The position numbers and the translations under genes were made by a program. Below are positions 29,344 through 38,674 of a stretch of 64,000 nt of DNA, one piece after another (the stretch's first letter is position 1; each line of letters opens with the position of its first letter). Source of the DNA: Candidatus Omnitrophota bacterium (GTDB lineage: Bacteria; Omnitrophota; Gorgyraeia; Gygaellales; Profunditerraquicolaceae); assembly GCA_022710715.1 (NCBI GenBank), contig JAKLGJ010000001.1, forward strand, positions 362,041 to 426,040. Direction: 5' to 3'. Below the pieces are notes generated by a model. The model saw only the letters and a program-made list of their open reading frames with translations. It was not told the origin of the DNA and searched no databases.

Positions 29344-31227
29344 ATGTGCGGTATTTGTGGGTTGATAAATCTTGATAAAAGGTGTCTTTTTGATGAGCGC
29401 GTTGTTAGTGCAATGACGGATACATTTAAACATCGTGGCCCGGATGATGCAGGTTCTTTTATCCATAATGCAGTTAATCTTGGACATAGGCGCTTAAGTA
29501 TCATTGATTTAGCTACCGGCCATCAGCCGCTTTCTAATGAGGATGGCAGTTGCACCATTATTCTGAACGGAGAGATCTACAATTATCGGGAATTGCAAAA
29601 GGATTTGCAGCATAAAGGACATGCTTTTAAGACGCATTCGGATACGGAAGTAATCGTTCATGCCTACGAAGAATATGGATTTAAATGCATTGAAATGTTT
29701 CGGGGTATGTTTGCTTTTGCTCTCTGGGATGAAAAGAAGCAGATTCTTTTCCTGGCCCGAGACCGTTTAGGGAAAAAACCGCTTTATTACTATGCAGATT
29801 CACTGCGTTTGATTTTTGCTTCAGAGATCAAAGCGCTTCTTAAAACGGGTCTTATGAAGGCGGAGGTTAACCACGCGGCGATTGATGAGTTCCTTTCTCT
29901 GGGATATGTTATTGCTCCGAATACTTTGTTTAAAAATATCAAGAAGGTTTTGCCTGGGAATATTGTTGTTGTCAAAGAGGGGAAGTTTACGCAGCAGCCA
30001 TATTGGAATTTAGAGGAGGTTCAGAACGAGAATCGTTCTTTTAATGCTTTTCAGGTAGAGTTGAGAGCAGTCTTGGATGAATCTGTACGGTTGCGGATGA
30101 TCAGCGATGTTCCTCTTGGAGCTTTTTTAAGCGGCGGGATTGATTCCAGTATTATTGTCGGTATTATGAGCAAGTTTTCTAAGCAGCCAGTGAAGACATT
30201 CTCCGTAGGGTATAAAAATCAGGAAGAGTTCAGCGAACTTAGTTATGCCAAGATTGTCGCTGATTTCTTCAAGACAGAGCATCATGAGATATTTCTTGAG
30301 CCTGTAGATTTTTATGAAGCTATCCCACGAATGGTTTGGCATCTGGATGAGCCGATAGCTGATCAGGCATGCATTCCTTTATGGCTTATGTCTAAGGAAG
30401 CAAAGAAATACGTTACGGTTTTGCTTTCCGGAGAAGGTTCCGATGAGTTATTTGCCGGTTATCCTATTTATTCTCTAATGCTGGGATTGGAACAGTATCA
30501 GCATATTCCTCAGTGGATGCGTATTCATTGTATCGATCCGCTGATCCCCCGTATCTTGGGAGAAAGGCGCGGGCAAAAATACGTGGAGTGGTCTCGTTTG
30601 CCGCTGGAAGAAAGATTTCTGGGAGATATGGCGGATTTTTCTACCCATCTCAGACAGCAGCTGTATTCCGCAGATTTTCTAAATTTTTCTTCAAAAAATG
30701 ATTTTCGGAGCGTGATTCGCTCTTTTTACGATAAGGTTCACGGAAGGGATGTTCTGGACAGGATGCAGTACCTGGATATGAAAACATGGCTTGTTGATGA
30801 TCTGCTACTTAAAGCAGATAAAATGACCATGGCTGCTTCGGTGGAGTTGAGATGTCCTTTTCTGGATCATAAGCTGGTTGAATTAAGCCGGAAAATTCCT
30901 TCAAGGTTGAAGCTTAAAGGTGTGACAACCAAGTACATCCTTAAAGAAACCTATAAGGATTTTCTTCCGAAGGATATTGCTTACAGAAAAAAAAGGGGTT
31001 TCCCTGTGCCTTTGACCAGTTGGTTCCAAGGGGATTTGAACAAACAGATTGAGACTGTTTTGCTGGATAAACGCTCCCAAGAGAGGAATTTTTTTAATAG
31101 TAATTTTATCAAAGAGATAATTGAGAAACAATCCGGTGGAAAAGAAGATTATAGCAAATTGTTATGGAGTTTGCTGGTTTTAGAGTATTGGCATCGTGTC
31201 TTTATAGATGGAGATCCTATTGAGTAA
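29344..31227 (+). CDS. asparagine synthase (glutamine-hydrolysing), AsnB-like; candidate exosortase-associated amidotransferase
   Basis: MCGICG N-terminal Cys nucleophile, HRGPDD, SGGIDSS PP-loop and the full AsnB C-terminal domain. Confidence 0.85.
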   Translation: MCGICGLINLDKRCLFDERVVSAMTDTFKHRGPDDAGSFIHNAVNLGHRRLSIIDLATGHQPLSNEDGSCTIILNGEIYNYRELQKDLQHKGHAFKTHSDTEVIVHAYEEYGFKCIEMFRGMFAFALWDEKKQILFLARDRLGKKPLYYYADSLRLIFASEIKALLKTGLMKAEVNHAAIDEFLSLGYVIAPNTLFKNIKKVLPGNIVVVKEGKFTQQPYWNLEEVQNENRSFNAFQVELRAVLDESVRLRMISDVPLGAFLSGGIDSSIIVGIMSKFSKQPVKTFSVGYKNQEEFSELSYAKIVADFFKTEHHEIFLEPVDFYEAIPRMVWHLDEPIADQACIPLWLMSKEAKKYVTVLLSGEGSDELFAGYPIYSLMLGLEQYQHIPQWMRIHCIDPLIPRILGERRGQKYVEWSRLPLEERFLGDMADFSTHLRQQLYSADFLNFSSKNDFRSVIRSFYDKVHGRDVLDRMQYLDMKTWLVDDLLLKADKMTMAASVELRCPFLDHKLVELSRKIPSRLKLKGVTTKYILKETYKDFLPKDIAYRKKRGFPVPLTSWFQGDLNKQIETVLLDKRSQERNFFNSNFIKEIIEKQSGGKEDYSKLLWSLLVLEYWHRVFIDGDPIE

Positions 31228-31234
31228 GAATCCG

Positions 31235-32392
31235 ATGAATATACTTATAGTTACGATGTTATTTCCAAACTCGAAGGAGCCTACGAAAGCTCCTTTTAAC
31301 TTGGAGATAGCTAAAGCATTATCTAAAGTAGCGCAACTTTATGTTGTTGCTCCGGTTCGGATACTGCCTGGGAGAGGGGTAAAAGATGTCCCGGTAAAGG
31401 AGTTTATCGAAGGGATCCCGGTTTTTCATCCTCGAATTTTTCTGCCTCCGAAGATCTGTATTTTTCTTCATGGGTGGATTTATTATCTGGTGATCAAGAC
31501 ATGGTTACGGAAAGTTATCCGCGAGTTCGATTTTGATATTATCTTGTCGCCTTATTTATTCCCGGATGGGTTCGCCGGGGCATTACTGGGAAAGTCCTTT
31601 GCCAGACCTGTGGTACTCGAGGCATTGGGTTGTGACGTCAATCTGTTGACGAAGCTGGTTGTAAGAAGCAAGTTGATCAAGAAGGCTTGTTTGTTATCTG
31701 AGAGAGTGATCAGCGTGAATCAGGATATGAAGAGAACCCTGGTATCTCTCGGCGTTCCGGAAGGCAGAATTCAAGTGATCTATAATGGAGTTGATAAGTC
31801 GAAATTCCAAGTTTTGGACAAAGATTCTTGCCGATATCAGTTAAAGCTTCCTGCTGAAAAACGAATTTTCTTATTCGTGGGAAGCTTGGAAATAGTTAAG
31901 GGCGTATATACTCTCCTGAAAGCCTGGAAACTTTTTGTCGTCACTGCCGGTAAAGAAAACTTGCTGGTTATCGTTGGAAATGGGAGAGAGCAGGTGGGGA
32001 TGGAAGAATTTATTCGGCAGAAAGGGTTATCCGATTCGATTTTTATGGCTGGAGCCAGATCTCATGCTGAAATTCCTGTTTGGATGAACGCCAGTGATAT
32101 TTTCTGTCTTCCAAGTATTCGTGAGGGATATCCGAATGTATTGGTTGAAGCTTTAAGCTGCGGGAAATTCGTGGTTGCAAGCGCAGTGGGTGGCATCCCA
32201 GAGATTATCGTTTCGCCGGCCCAGGGAGCATTGGTTGCTCCGAATCAGCCTGAAGCATTGAAAGAGGCTTTTGAGAAATCCCTGCGAATGGTAACAGATG
32301 GAACAACAGCAGTCTCGTCAGTTATGTCCTGGGAAGAATCGGCTCTGCAACGATATAGGCTGTTTCAGGATATACTCCAAAAAAGAAAGTAA
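31235..32392 (+). CDS. GT4 family glycosyltransferase
   Basis: EX7E motif EGYPNVLVEALSCGKFVVASAVGGIPE. MNILIVT start preferred over the overlapping 31208. Confidence 0.8.
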   Translation: MNILIVTMLFPNSKEPTKAPFNLEIAKALSKVAQLYVVAPVRILPGRGVKDVPVKEFIEGIPVFHPRIFLPPKICIFLHGWIYYLVIKTWLRKVIREFDFDIILSPYLFPDGFAGALLGKSFARPVVLEALGCDVNLLTKLVVRSKLIKKACLLSERVISVNQDMKRTLVSLGVPEGRIQVIYNGVDKSKFQVLDKDSCRYQLKLPAEKRIFLFVGSLEIVKGVYTLLKAWKLFVVTAGKENLLVIVGNGREQVGMEEFIRQKGLSDSIFMAGARSHAEIPVWMNASDIFCLPSIREGYPNVLVEALSCGKFVVASAVGGIPEIIVSPAQGALVAPNQPEALKEAFEKSLRMVTDGTTAVSSVMSWEESALQRYRLFQDILQKRK

Positions 32393-32396
32393 AACA

Positions 32397-33179
32397 ATGA
32401 GCAATTTGTTCTTTTCCCTTTATCTGCTGAATCTTCAGGCTGGGGTTAGGCCTTTTCTGAAAGGATTTGACTATTTTCGCCTTAGAGAATATTTAATGAC
32501 TTCCCGGCAGATTTTGGATTGTTTCTCAGTAATAAGGAAGTCTAAAACCTTACTTGATATTGGTTGTGGCGAGGAGATATGGGGGATATTTGCCTCTACT
32601 TTCTTGGGTTTTGAAGTTACAGGAATCGATATTGATCAGGGGAGGATTGATTTGCAAAGAAAATACTCCCGGAGATTAAAACCGCCTGTATTCAAGTCCC
32701 TATATGTCGATGCAGCAAGAATGCCTTTTCCTAGCGAGTCATTTGATGTAGTTAACTGTTTTGCGGTTCTGCCTTTGATCCCCGGGGATGGAGACAGTAG
32801 CGTGATGCGTGAGGTCGGGCGTGTATTGAAAAGAGGAGGCAGAGCGTACATTACTGTTGGTTATGATGTGGCGTATCTGGAACAGAATGATACCCCCAGT
32901 ACAAAAGGTTTCTCTAGGGTTTACGATGAGAAAGCTTTGGAGGACCGATTGATAAAGCCTTCAGGCTTACGATTGGAGAAACGGTTGTATTTTGTCGAGC
33001 CTTTTATTAACTTCAGCAACTTTTGGTACCGTTTGCCCTTTATTTTGAGACTATTTTTTCGTGCTTGGGCGTTGCCATTGCTGTCGTTGTTTTTCTTAAA
33101 AGAATTCGATCCATCAAAGGGACGAACTATTGATATAAAGAAGATTGGCGGAGTGTTGCTTGTTTTGGAGAAACAATAA
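32397..33179 (+). CDS. class I SAM-dependent methyltransferase
   Basis: LLDIGCGEE motif I and DVVNCF motif. Internal ATG at 32397 avoids overlap with the upstream gene. Confidence 0.65.
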   Translation: MSNLFFSLYLLNLQAGVRPFLKGFDYFRLREYLMTSRQILDCFSVIRKSKTLLDIGCGEEIWGIFASTFLGFEVTGIDIDQGRIDLQRKYSRRLKPPVFKSLYVDAARMPFPSESFDVVNCFAVLPLIPGDGDSSVMREVGRVLKRGGRAYITVGYDVAYLEQNDTPSTKGFSRVYDEKALEDRLIKPSGLRLEKRLYFVEPFINFSNFWYRLPFILRLFFRAWALPLLSLFFLKEFDPSKGRTIDIKKIGGVLLVLEKQ

Positions 33180-34325
33180 ATGAAAGATCAGCATATTATC
33201 TATTTTTCTTCCGATGAATGGAACAGCGGGTTGAAGACCAGTCAGTATCATATTGCAGTTCGTTTAGCCCGTGAGAACAAGGTTTTATACGTCAATTCCA
33301 TAGGGTTGCGTAAACCAACTGTCTCTAAAGCTGATTTCTTGAGAATCGTTGATAAATTAAAACGTTGCTTTAGAGGGGTACAGCGGATAGACCGCAATCT
33401 TTATGTTTTTACTCCGATTGTTCTGCCTTTTCACGGGATACCCTGGGTTAATGCATTCAACCGGTTTTTGTTAATGATGTTTATCCGATATTTTCAAATA
33501 AGACTAGGATTAGACAAGCCATATATCGTCACTTTTCTGCCCAATACAGTAGATATTTTAGGGCGGTTTGGGGAAAGAAAAGTGATCTATTATTGTGCTG
33601 ATCAGGTTAGTTCTTTTAAGGGCGTAGACACGGCAAAGATTGAAGAGATGGAAAAAAGATTGCTGCTTCAGGCAGATTATATCTTTGTAACTTCCCGGCA
33701 GCTTTATGAGCAGAAAAAAAACTTCAGTTCTAGAGTTGTTTATTTGCCTCATGGGGTTGATACAGAATTATTCAATAAGGCGCTGAAGCCGGAAACAGAA
33801 GTTCCGTCTGATGTTAGTCAGCTTAGAGAGCCAATTATTGGTTTCTTTGGCCATGTTTCCCGGGACTGGGTGGATTTTGAGATTGTGACTTTTTTGGCGC
33901 AAAAACATCCGGAATGGTCAATTCTGCTTATCGGAAAGGTGGCTGCGGATATTCCGGAGCTGAGTGTTTATAAGAATATTACACTTCTGGGTTCAAGAGA
34001 ATACACCTCATTGCCGAATTATTCCAAGGCGTTTTCAGTAGCGGTTATTCCCTTTGTAGACTCTATGTTGACGCGCAATTCCAATCCGTTGAAGCTGAAG
34101 GAGTATCTTGCTGCTGGTCGGCCGGTTGTTTCTACTCCAATTCCAGAATTGTTAAATTTTTCTGATATTATCAAGATAGCATCCGGGAAAGAAGCTTTTC
34201 TTGCTGCTGTTGAAGAATATGTGGAATCGGACAGTGAAGAAAATCGACTCAAACGGAGTAAATTAATGGAGCGGGAAACTTGGGATCAGAGGTTTGCTTT
34301 TTTTGTCGAGATAATTAAGAGATAG
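33180..34325 (+). CDS. GT4-like glycosyltransferase (TuaH-like)
   Basis: N-terminus IIYFSSDEWNSGLKTSQYHIAVRLA resembles TuaH-type GT4 enzymes. Confidence 0.65.
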   Translation: MKDQHIIYFSSDEWNSGLKTSQYHIAVRLARENKVLYVNSIGLRKPTVSKADFLRIVDKLKRCFRGVQRIDRNLYVFTPIVLPFHGIPWVNAFNRFLLMMFIRYFQIRLGLDKPYIVTFLPNTVDILGRFGERKVIYYCADQVSSFKGVDTAKIEEMEKRLLLQADYIFVTSRQLYEQKKNFSSRVVYLPHGVDTELFNKALKPETEVPSDVSQLREPIIGFFGHVSRDWVDFEIVTFLAQKHPEWSILLIGKVAADIPELSVYKNITLLGSREYTSLPNYSKAFSVAVIPFVDSMLTRNSNPLKLKEYLAAGRPVVSTPIPELLNFSDIIKIASGKEAFLAAVEEYVESDSEENRLKRSKLMERETWDQRFAFFVEIIKR

Positions 34326-34326
34326 T

Positions 34327-35241
34327 ATGCCATTGCTTACTGATTTTATCGTTAAACAGAACGTAAATCCGCTGATAATTGCGGCAGGGACTTTTTTATT
34401 CCCGAAATGGCTGCATAGGCAATTTCTTTTACCGAATCTTAATAAACAGATTGGATGGAAGCAAAAATCTGCTTGTTTAACGATTTCTTTTGATTGCGAT
34501 TATCCGAGGGATGCTGAAGCTTTGCCGCAAGTCCTTAATATTTTCTCTGCGTACGCTTTTAAAGCTTCTTTTGCTTGTGTCGGCCACTGGATTGAGAAGT
34601 ATCCGATTGAGCATAAATTGATTGTCGAACATGGCCATGAAATTATCAATCATACCTATTCCCATCCGGATAACGAGATCTTGAATCCCGGCAGGAAATT
34701 CCGGCTGATCAGCAGGCAGGAAAAAATCGAAGAGATCAGCCGGTGTCATGATATTTGCCGGACTATTCTTGGTGTTTCTCCAACAGGCTGCAGAATACCG
34801 CATTTTAAGACGCTTTTTACGCCGGATATTTATTCTATCTTGAAAGAACTGGGGTATGCTTATTCTTCTTCGACTTGGTTAACTAGCACGTATTCCCATG
34901 GGATGCCATTTATTGCGTCAGATGGTATCATTGAGTTTCCGGTTTCAACTTGTCCTAAACATCCCTTTACTGTTTTTGACACGTGGCACTCTTTGAATTC
35001 TCCTAAATTGTTATATCGACTTGGCCATCGTTCAGCAGTAGAATACATCTCGTTGGCGAAGTATCTGGTGCAGTTGGCCATTGAGACGCACTCATATATA
35101 AACATCTATATCGATCCGTTCGATGTGATCAATATGCCTGGATTTAACGATCTGCTTGCTTATATTGCTTCCTTGAAAGACTCTCTGGAAGTATTGACAT
35201 ATACTGAGATCGTAAGCAGGTCTAAGAAAGAGGCGATTTGA
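34327..35241 (+). CDS. polysaccharide deacetylase (CE4 / NodB fold)
   Basis: ISFDCDYPRD (Asp-Asp motif) and HTYSHP (His-His motif). Confidence 0.75.
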   Translation: MPLLTDFIVKQNVNPLIIAAGTFLFPKWLHRQFLLPNLNKQIGWKQKSACLTISFDCDYPRDAEALPQVLNIFSAYAFKASFACVGHWIEKYPIEHKLIVEHGHEIINHTYSHPDNEILNPGRKFRLISRQEKIEEISRCHDICRTILGVSPTGCRIPHFKTLFTPDIYSILKELGYAYSSSTWLTSTYSHGMPFIASDGIIEFPVSTCPKHPFTVFDTWHSLNSPKLLYRLGHRSAVEYISLAKYLVQLAIETHSYINIYIDPFDVINMPGFNDLLAYIASLKDSLEVLTYTEIVSRSKKEAI

Positions 35242-36353
35242 TGAAGAGGAAGAAGATCCTTGTTGTTTTTGGTACGCGGCCTGAAGCCATTAAAATGGCC
35301 CCGGTAGTTAAAGAGTTGAGGAAAGAAAAGAGCAGTTTTCAGACAGTGGTTTGCGTGACCGGACAGCATCGGCATATGCTCGATCAGGTCTTGAAGCTTT
35401 TTAAGATCAGGCCGGATATGGATTTGAATCTAATGCAGGAAAATCAAAGCTTGCCCTCACTGACTGCCAGGGCTTTGGTTATCTTAACTGAAACGTTACA
35501 GCGAGTAAAGCCCGACCTTGTCCTGGTTCAGGGAGATACGACTACAGCTATGGTTGCTGCTCTCGCTGCTTTTTACCAGAAAATCCCTGTAGGGCATGTT
35601 GAGGCTGGTTTGAGAACACACGATATTTACAATCCTTTTCCTGAAGAGGTTAACCGATGTATTATTTCTGCTATGGCCAGCTTTAATTTTGCGCCCACTC
35701 GGATATCTTATCAGGCTTTAATCGATCAGGGAATTAGCAAGCAAAGGGTATTATTAACAGGAAATACTGTTGTCGATGCGCTCAGAATGATCGTGAAATC
35801 CGGGAAATTCGCTAAAGTCAATATTGCTCTCAAGAAGAACTCTCGGCTTATCTTGGTTACTGCCCATCGCAGGGAAAATTTTGGCCGGCCTCTCGAACAA
35901 ATATGCGATGCTTTGAATGCTATCGTGAAAAGAAATCCAGATGTTGAGGTGGTTTATCCTGTGCATCTTAATCCCAATGTAAAGAACACTGTTTATGAAA
36001 GATTGGCTGGCAAAGAACGCATTCATCTGATCGCTCCTACTGAATATGACCAGCTGGTATATTTGATCAAAAACGCTTATCTGATATTAACAGATTCCGG
36101 TGGGATTCAGGAAGAGGCACCGGCATTTGGCAAACCTGTTCTGGTTATGCGAGAAGAGACAGAGCGTCCCGAAGGGATTGAAGCAGGAGTGGCTAGATTG
36201 GTAGGAACAAATACGGCGATTATTGTTAAAGAAGTCGAGAAGTTATTGACTCGAGAAGCAGTATACAACAAAATGTCAAGAGCTGTTTCTCCTTATGGCG
36301 ATGGCAAGGCAGCTGAGCGGATTATTAAGCATTTAAAATTTCATCTGGGGTAG
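35238..36353 (+). CDS. wecB: UDP-N-acetylglucosamine 2-epimerase (non-hydrolysing)
   Basis: KILVVFGTRPEAIKMAPV, HVEAGLRT and DSGGIQEEAP signatures. ATGA overlap with the upstream stop. Confidence 0.9.
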   Translation: MMKRKKILVVFGTRPEAIKMAPVVKELRKEKSSFQTVVCVTGQHRHMLDQVLKLFKIRPDMDLNLMQENQSLPSLTARALVILTETLQRVKPDLVLVQGDTTTAMVAALAAFYQKIPVGHVEAGLRTHDIYNPFPEEVNRCIISAMASFNFAPTRISYQALIDQGISKQRVLLTGNTVVDALRMIVKSGKFAKVNIALKKNSRLILVTAHRRENFGRPLEQICDALNAIVKRNPDVEVVYPVHLNPNVKNTVYERLAGKERIHLIAPTEYDQLVYLIKNAYLILTDSGGIQEEAPAFGKPVLVMREETERPEGIEAGVARLVGTNTAIIVKEVEKLLTREAVYNKMSRAVSPYGDGKAAERIIKHLKFHLG

Positions 36354-36355
36354 GC

Positions 36356-37501
36356 ATGAATTTTCTTTTTCCATATATGGCTCGCTGGAAGAGCGTTAAC
36401 TGGACGAGGTATCACCAGATTTTCACAGAACTGGCCAGGGAAGGCCATAATGTTCATGTTATTCAGACTCCGCCTCAGGTTTCCAGAGAGACAAATTTCC
36501 AGGAAATCGAGGTGGAGATTCCCGAGAAACTTTTTCTGCACGAAATCGGAGTGGATCCCTTCATCTGGCAGGCGCAGCTACCTTTGAATAAGCTTATAAA
36601 AAAGGGATATTACAGTTATAAGTGTATCAAGGAAGTCAAGCGTATGGTTAAGGAATACGCTATTGATGTGCTCTTTTTATATAATATTCCTCAATTACCG
36701 CTTATGGATGTAAAAGGTTGTGTTAAGATCTTTGATTTTGCAGATGATTATACCGCGATGTTGAAGCAGGAGTTAGGGCCATTGTCTAATCCATTGGTAA
36801 TGAAGATAGGTCAATCAATGCTGAACAGCATGGTAGAAAAAAGCGATCTGACTTTAGCCGTATCCAAAGTTTTGGCTGATTCTATACAGAGTAAAGATCC
36901 GAGAAAAATCCATGTGCTGCCCAATGGGGTTGACTTAGATCCTCTTCGGATAGGAACCGGTAAAGACATCAGGGCGAAGTATAAAAAACCGATTATCGGT
37001 TTTATCGGATCATTCGAGTATTTTATAGATTTTGAATTAATTTTGGAGGGAGCGCGTAGATTTTTGGAATACACTTTTTTGTTGGTCGGTGGAGGGAGAG
37101 ATTTCGCTCGGGTTAAGCAGCAGGTGGAGAAAGACGGTTTGAACAATGTAGTTCTGACTGGTGGAGTTCCGCATGCAGACATCTATAAATATATTGATGC
37201 GATGGACGTTTGTTTGAATATTTTTAAGCCTATCAGGATTTCGCATGCCGCTTGTCCAATCAAGCTGTTTGAGTATCTTTCGATGAAGAAGCCTGTTATC
37301 AGTACACGGTTGGAAGAACTGAAGTATATCGATCAGAATTTCTTGTTTTATGCGGATAATGCAGACGAATTAGTCAAAGCAGTAAATACGATTTTGCAAG
37401 ACAAAGCAGACACTCTAAGAAAGATTGAAGTTGGTTTTCGTCTTGTTGAAAATAACTATCAATGGTCGGAGATTGCCTCGCGATTGCTTGATATGTTGTA
37501 A
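36356..37501 (+). CDS. glycosyltransferase (GT4-like)
   Basis: Two Rossmann-like halves and a C-terminal GT1/4-type domain. Confidence 0.65.
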   Translation: MNFLFPYMARWKSVNWTRYHQIFTELAREGHNVHVIQTPPQVSRETNFQEIEVEIPEKLFLHEIGVDPFIWQAQLPLNKLIKKGYYSYKCIKEVKRMVKEYAIDVLFLYNIPQLPLMDVKGCVKIFDFADDYTAMLKQELGPLSNPLVMKIGQSMLNSMVEKSDLTLAVSKVLADSIQSKDPRKIHVLPNGVDLDPLRIGTGKDIRAKYKKPIIGFIGSFEYFIDFELILEGARRFLEYTFLLVGGGRDFARVKQQVEKDGLNNVVLTGGVPHADIYKYIDAMDVCLNIFKPIRISHAACPIKLFEYLSMKKPVISTRLEELKYIDQNFLFYADNADELVKAVNTILQDKADTLRKIEVGFRLVENNYQWSEIASRLLDML

Positions 37502-37542
37502 CCTCGTGCAATGACTCGAGTATTTTTATTAAGAAGGGATAT

Positions 37543-38586
37543 ATGTCAGATATCAAGAAGGGAAGAATTACAAGCATTGATTCTTTTAAAGTGATAGCAA
37601 TTTTTGCAGTCATTTGTATTCACACGCGGCCATTTAAGTACAGTGGCATTTCTTATTTGAATGATAATCTTTTATTTATTTCAAAACTTATTAATGTTTC
37701 TTGCCGTTTTGCGGTTCCTTTTTTCTTTATTGTTACTGGTTATTTCTGGGGTGAAGCTTTAAAACAGGGAGAAAAAATTGAAGGTCTTCTAAAGAAGACG
37801 GTTTTAAAATTAGTCAAATCATATTTATTCTGGATGACGGTATATGCTTTTTTCCCCGAAGGTTTCATGGACGCTATTTTAAAAGACGGATTACTAATCG
37901 GTTTGAAAAAATCTTTTGAAGCCAATACTTTAGTATTAATTAAAGAGCATCTCCTTGGTTTTGTCCTTCGCGGTACTTCTTTTCATCTATGGTTTATTCC
38001 TGCTCTTTTATTTGCTGTGATTTTTTTGGCGTTATGTATTAAGTTACGTAAGGCAATCTATATTCTTCCAATTTCGATTGCCTTATATGTTTTGGGTTTA
38101 GTTGGAGGTACTTATTCAAAATTCTTTAGTGGATTGCCATTTACCTACGATACTCGTAACGGACCTTTTATGGGGACTCTTTTTGTAGCTTTAGGATGGG
38201 TGTTTTCTTATTATGGAGTTAAGAAGTATGTAAATTGGTATTGTGCTTTTCTCGTTCTTTGCGTAGGATTAGTTATGCAGTTAATTGAATTCAAAATGAG
38301 CGGATTCCTCTTTGATTATGCAATTGGCACAGTTCCCTATGCTTCTGGTTTTTTTCTTTTAGCTTTGTCAAAACCCGAAATGAAGTTCTTTATTTATAAT
38401 CTGGGTAGATTTACTGCAGGGATTTACTTCGCGCATATCTTTTTTCTTAATCTTTTCCTTCCTTTTCAGGTGTTTGTCTTGCCTTGGGTGTGGGATTTGA
38501 CCTTTTGTTTTGTTATTATGTTTGCCACTTCTGGTGCTGTATTATTAATGCAGAAGAATAAGCTACTCAAACAATTTGTCCTCTAA
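37543..38586 (+). CDS. acyltransferase family 3 membrane O-acyltransferase (OatA/WecH-like)
   Basis: IDSFKVIAIFAVICIHT motif and about 10 TM helices. Confidence 0.8.
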   Translation: MSDIKKGRITSIDSFKVIAIFAVICIHTRPFKYSGISYLNDNLLFISKLINVSCRFAVPFFFIVTGYFWGEALKQGEKIEGLLKKTVLKLVKSYLFWMTVYAFFPEGFMDAILKDGLLIGLKKSFEANTLVLIKEHLLGFVLRGTSFHLWFIPALLFAVIFLALCIKLRKAIYILPISIALYVLGLVGGTYSKFFSGLPFTYDTRNGPFMGTLFVALGWVFSYYGVKKYVNWYCAFLVLCVGLVMQLIEFKMSGFLFDYAIGTVPYASGFFLLALSKPEMKFFIYNLGRFTAGIYFAHIFFLNLFLPFQVFVLPWVWDLTFCFVIMFATSGAVLLMQKNKLLKQFVL

Positions 38587-38674
38587 CTCTTTTAAAAATA
38601 TTATAGGTCATTGAGTTTTTTTATATAATAGTGTTCAGCGTTGAAATGATTAATGCTGAAAGGAAGGAGACAGT

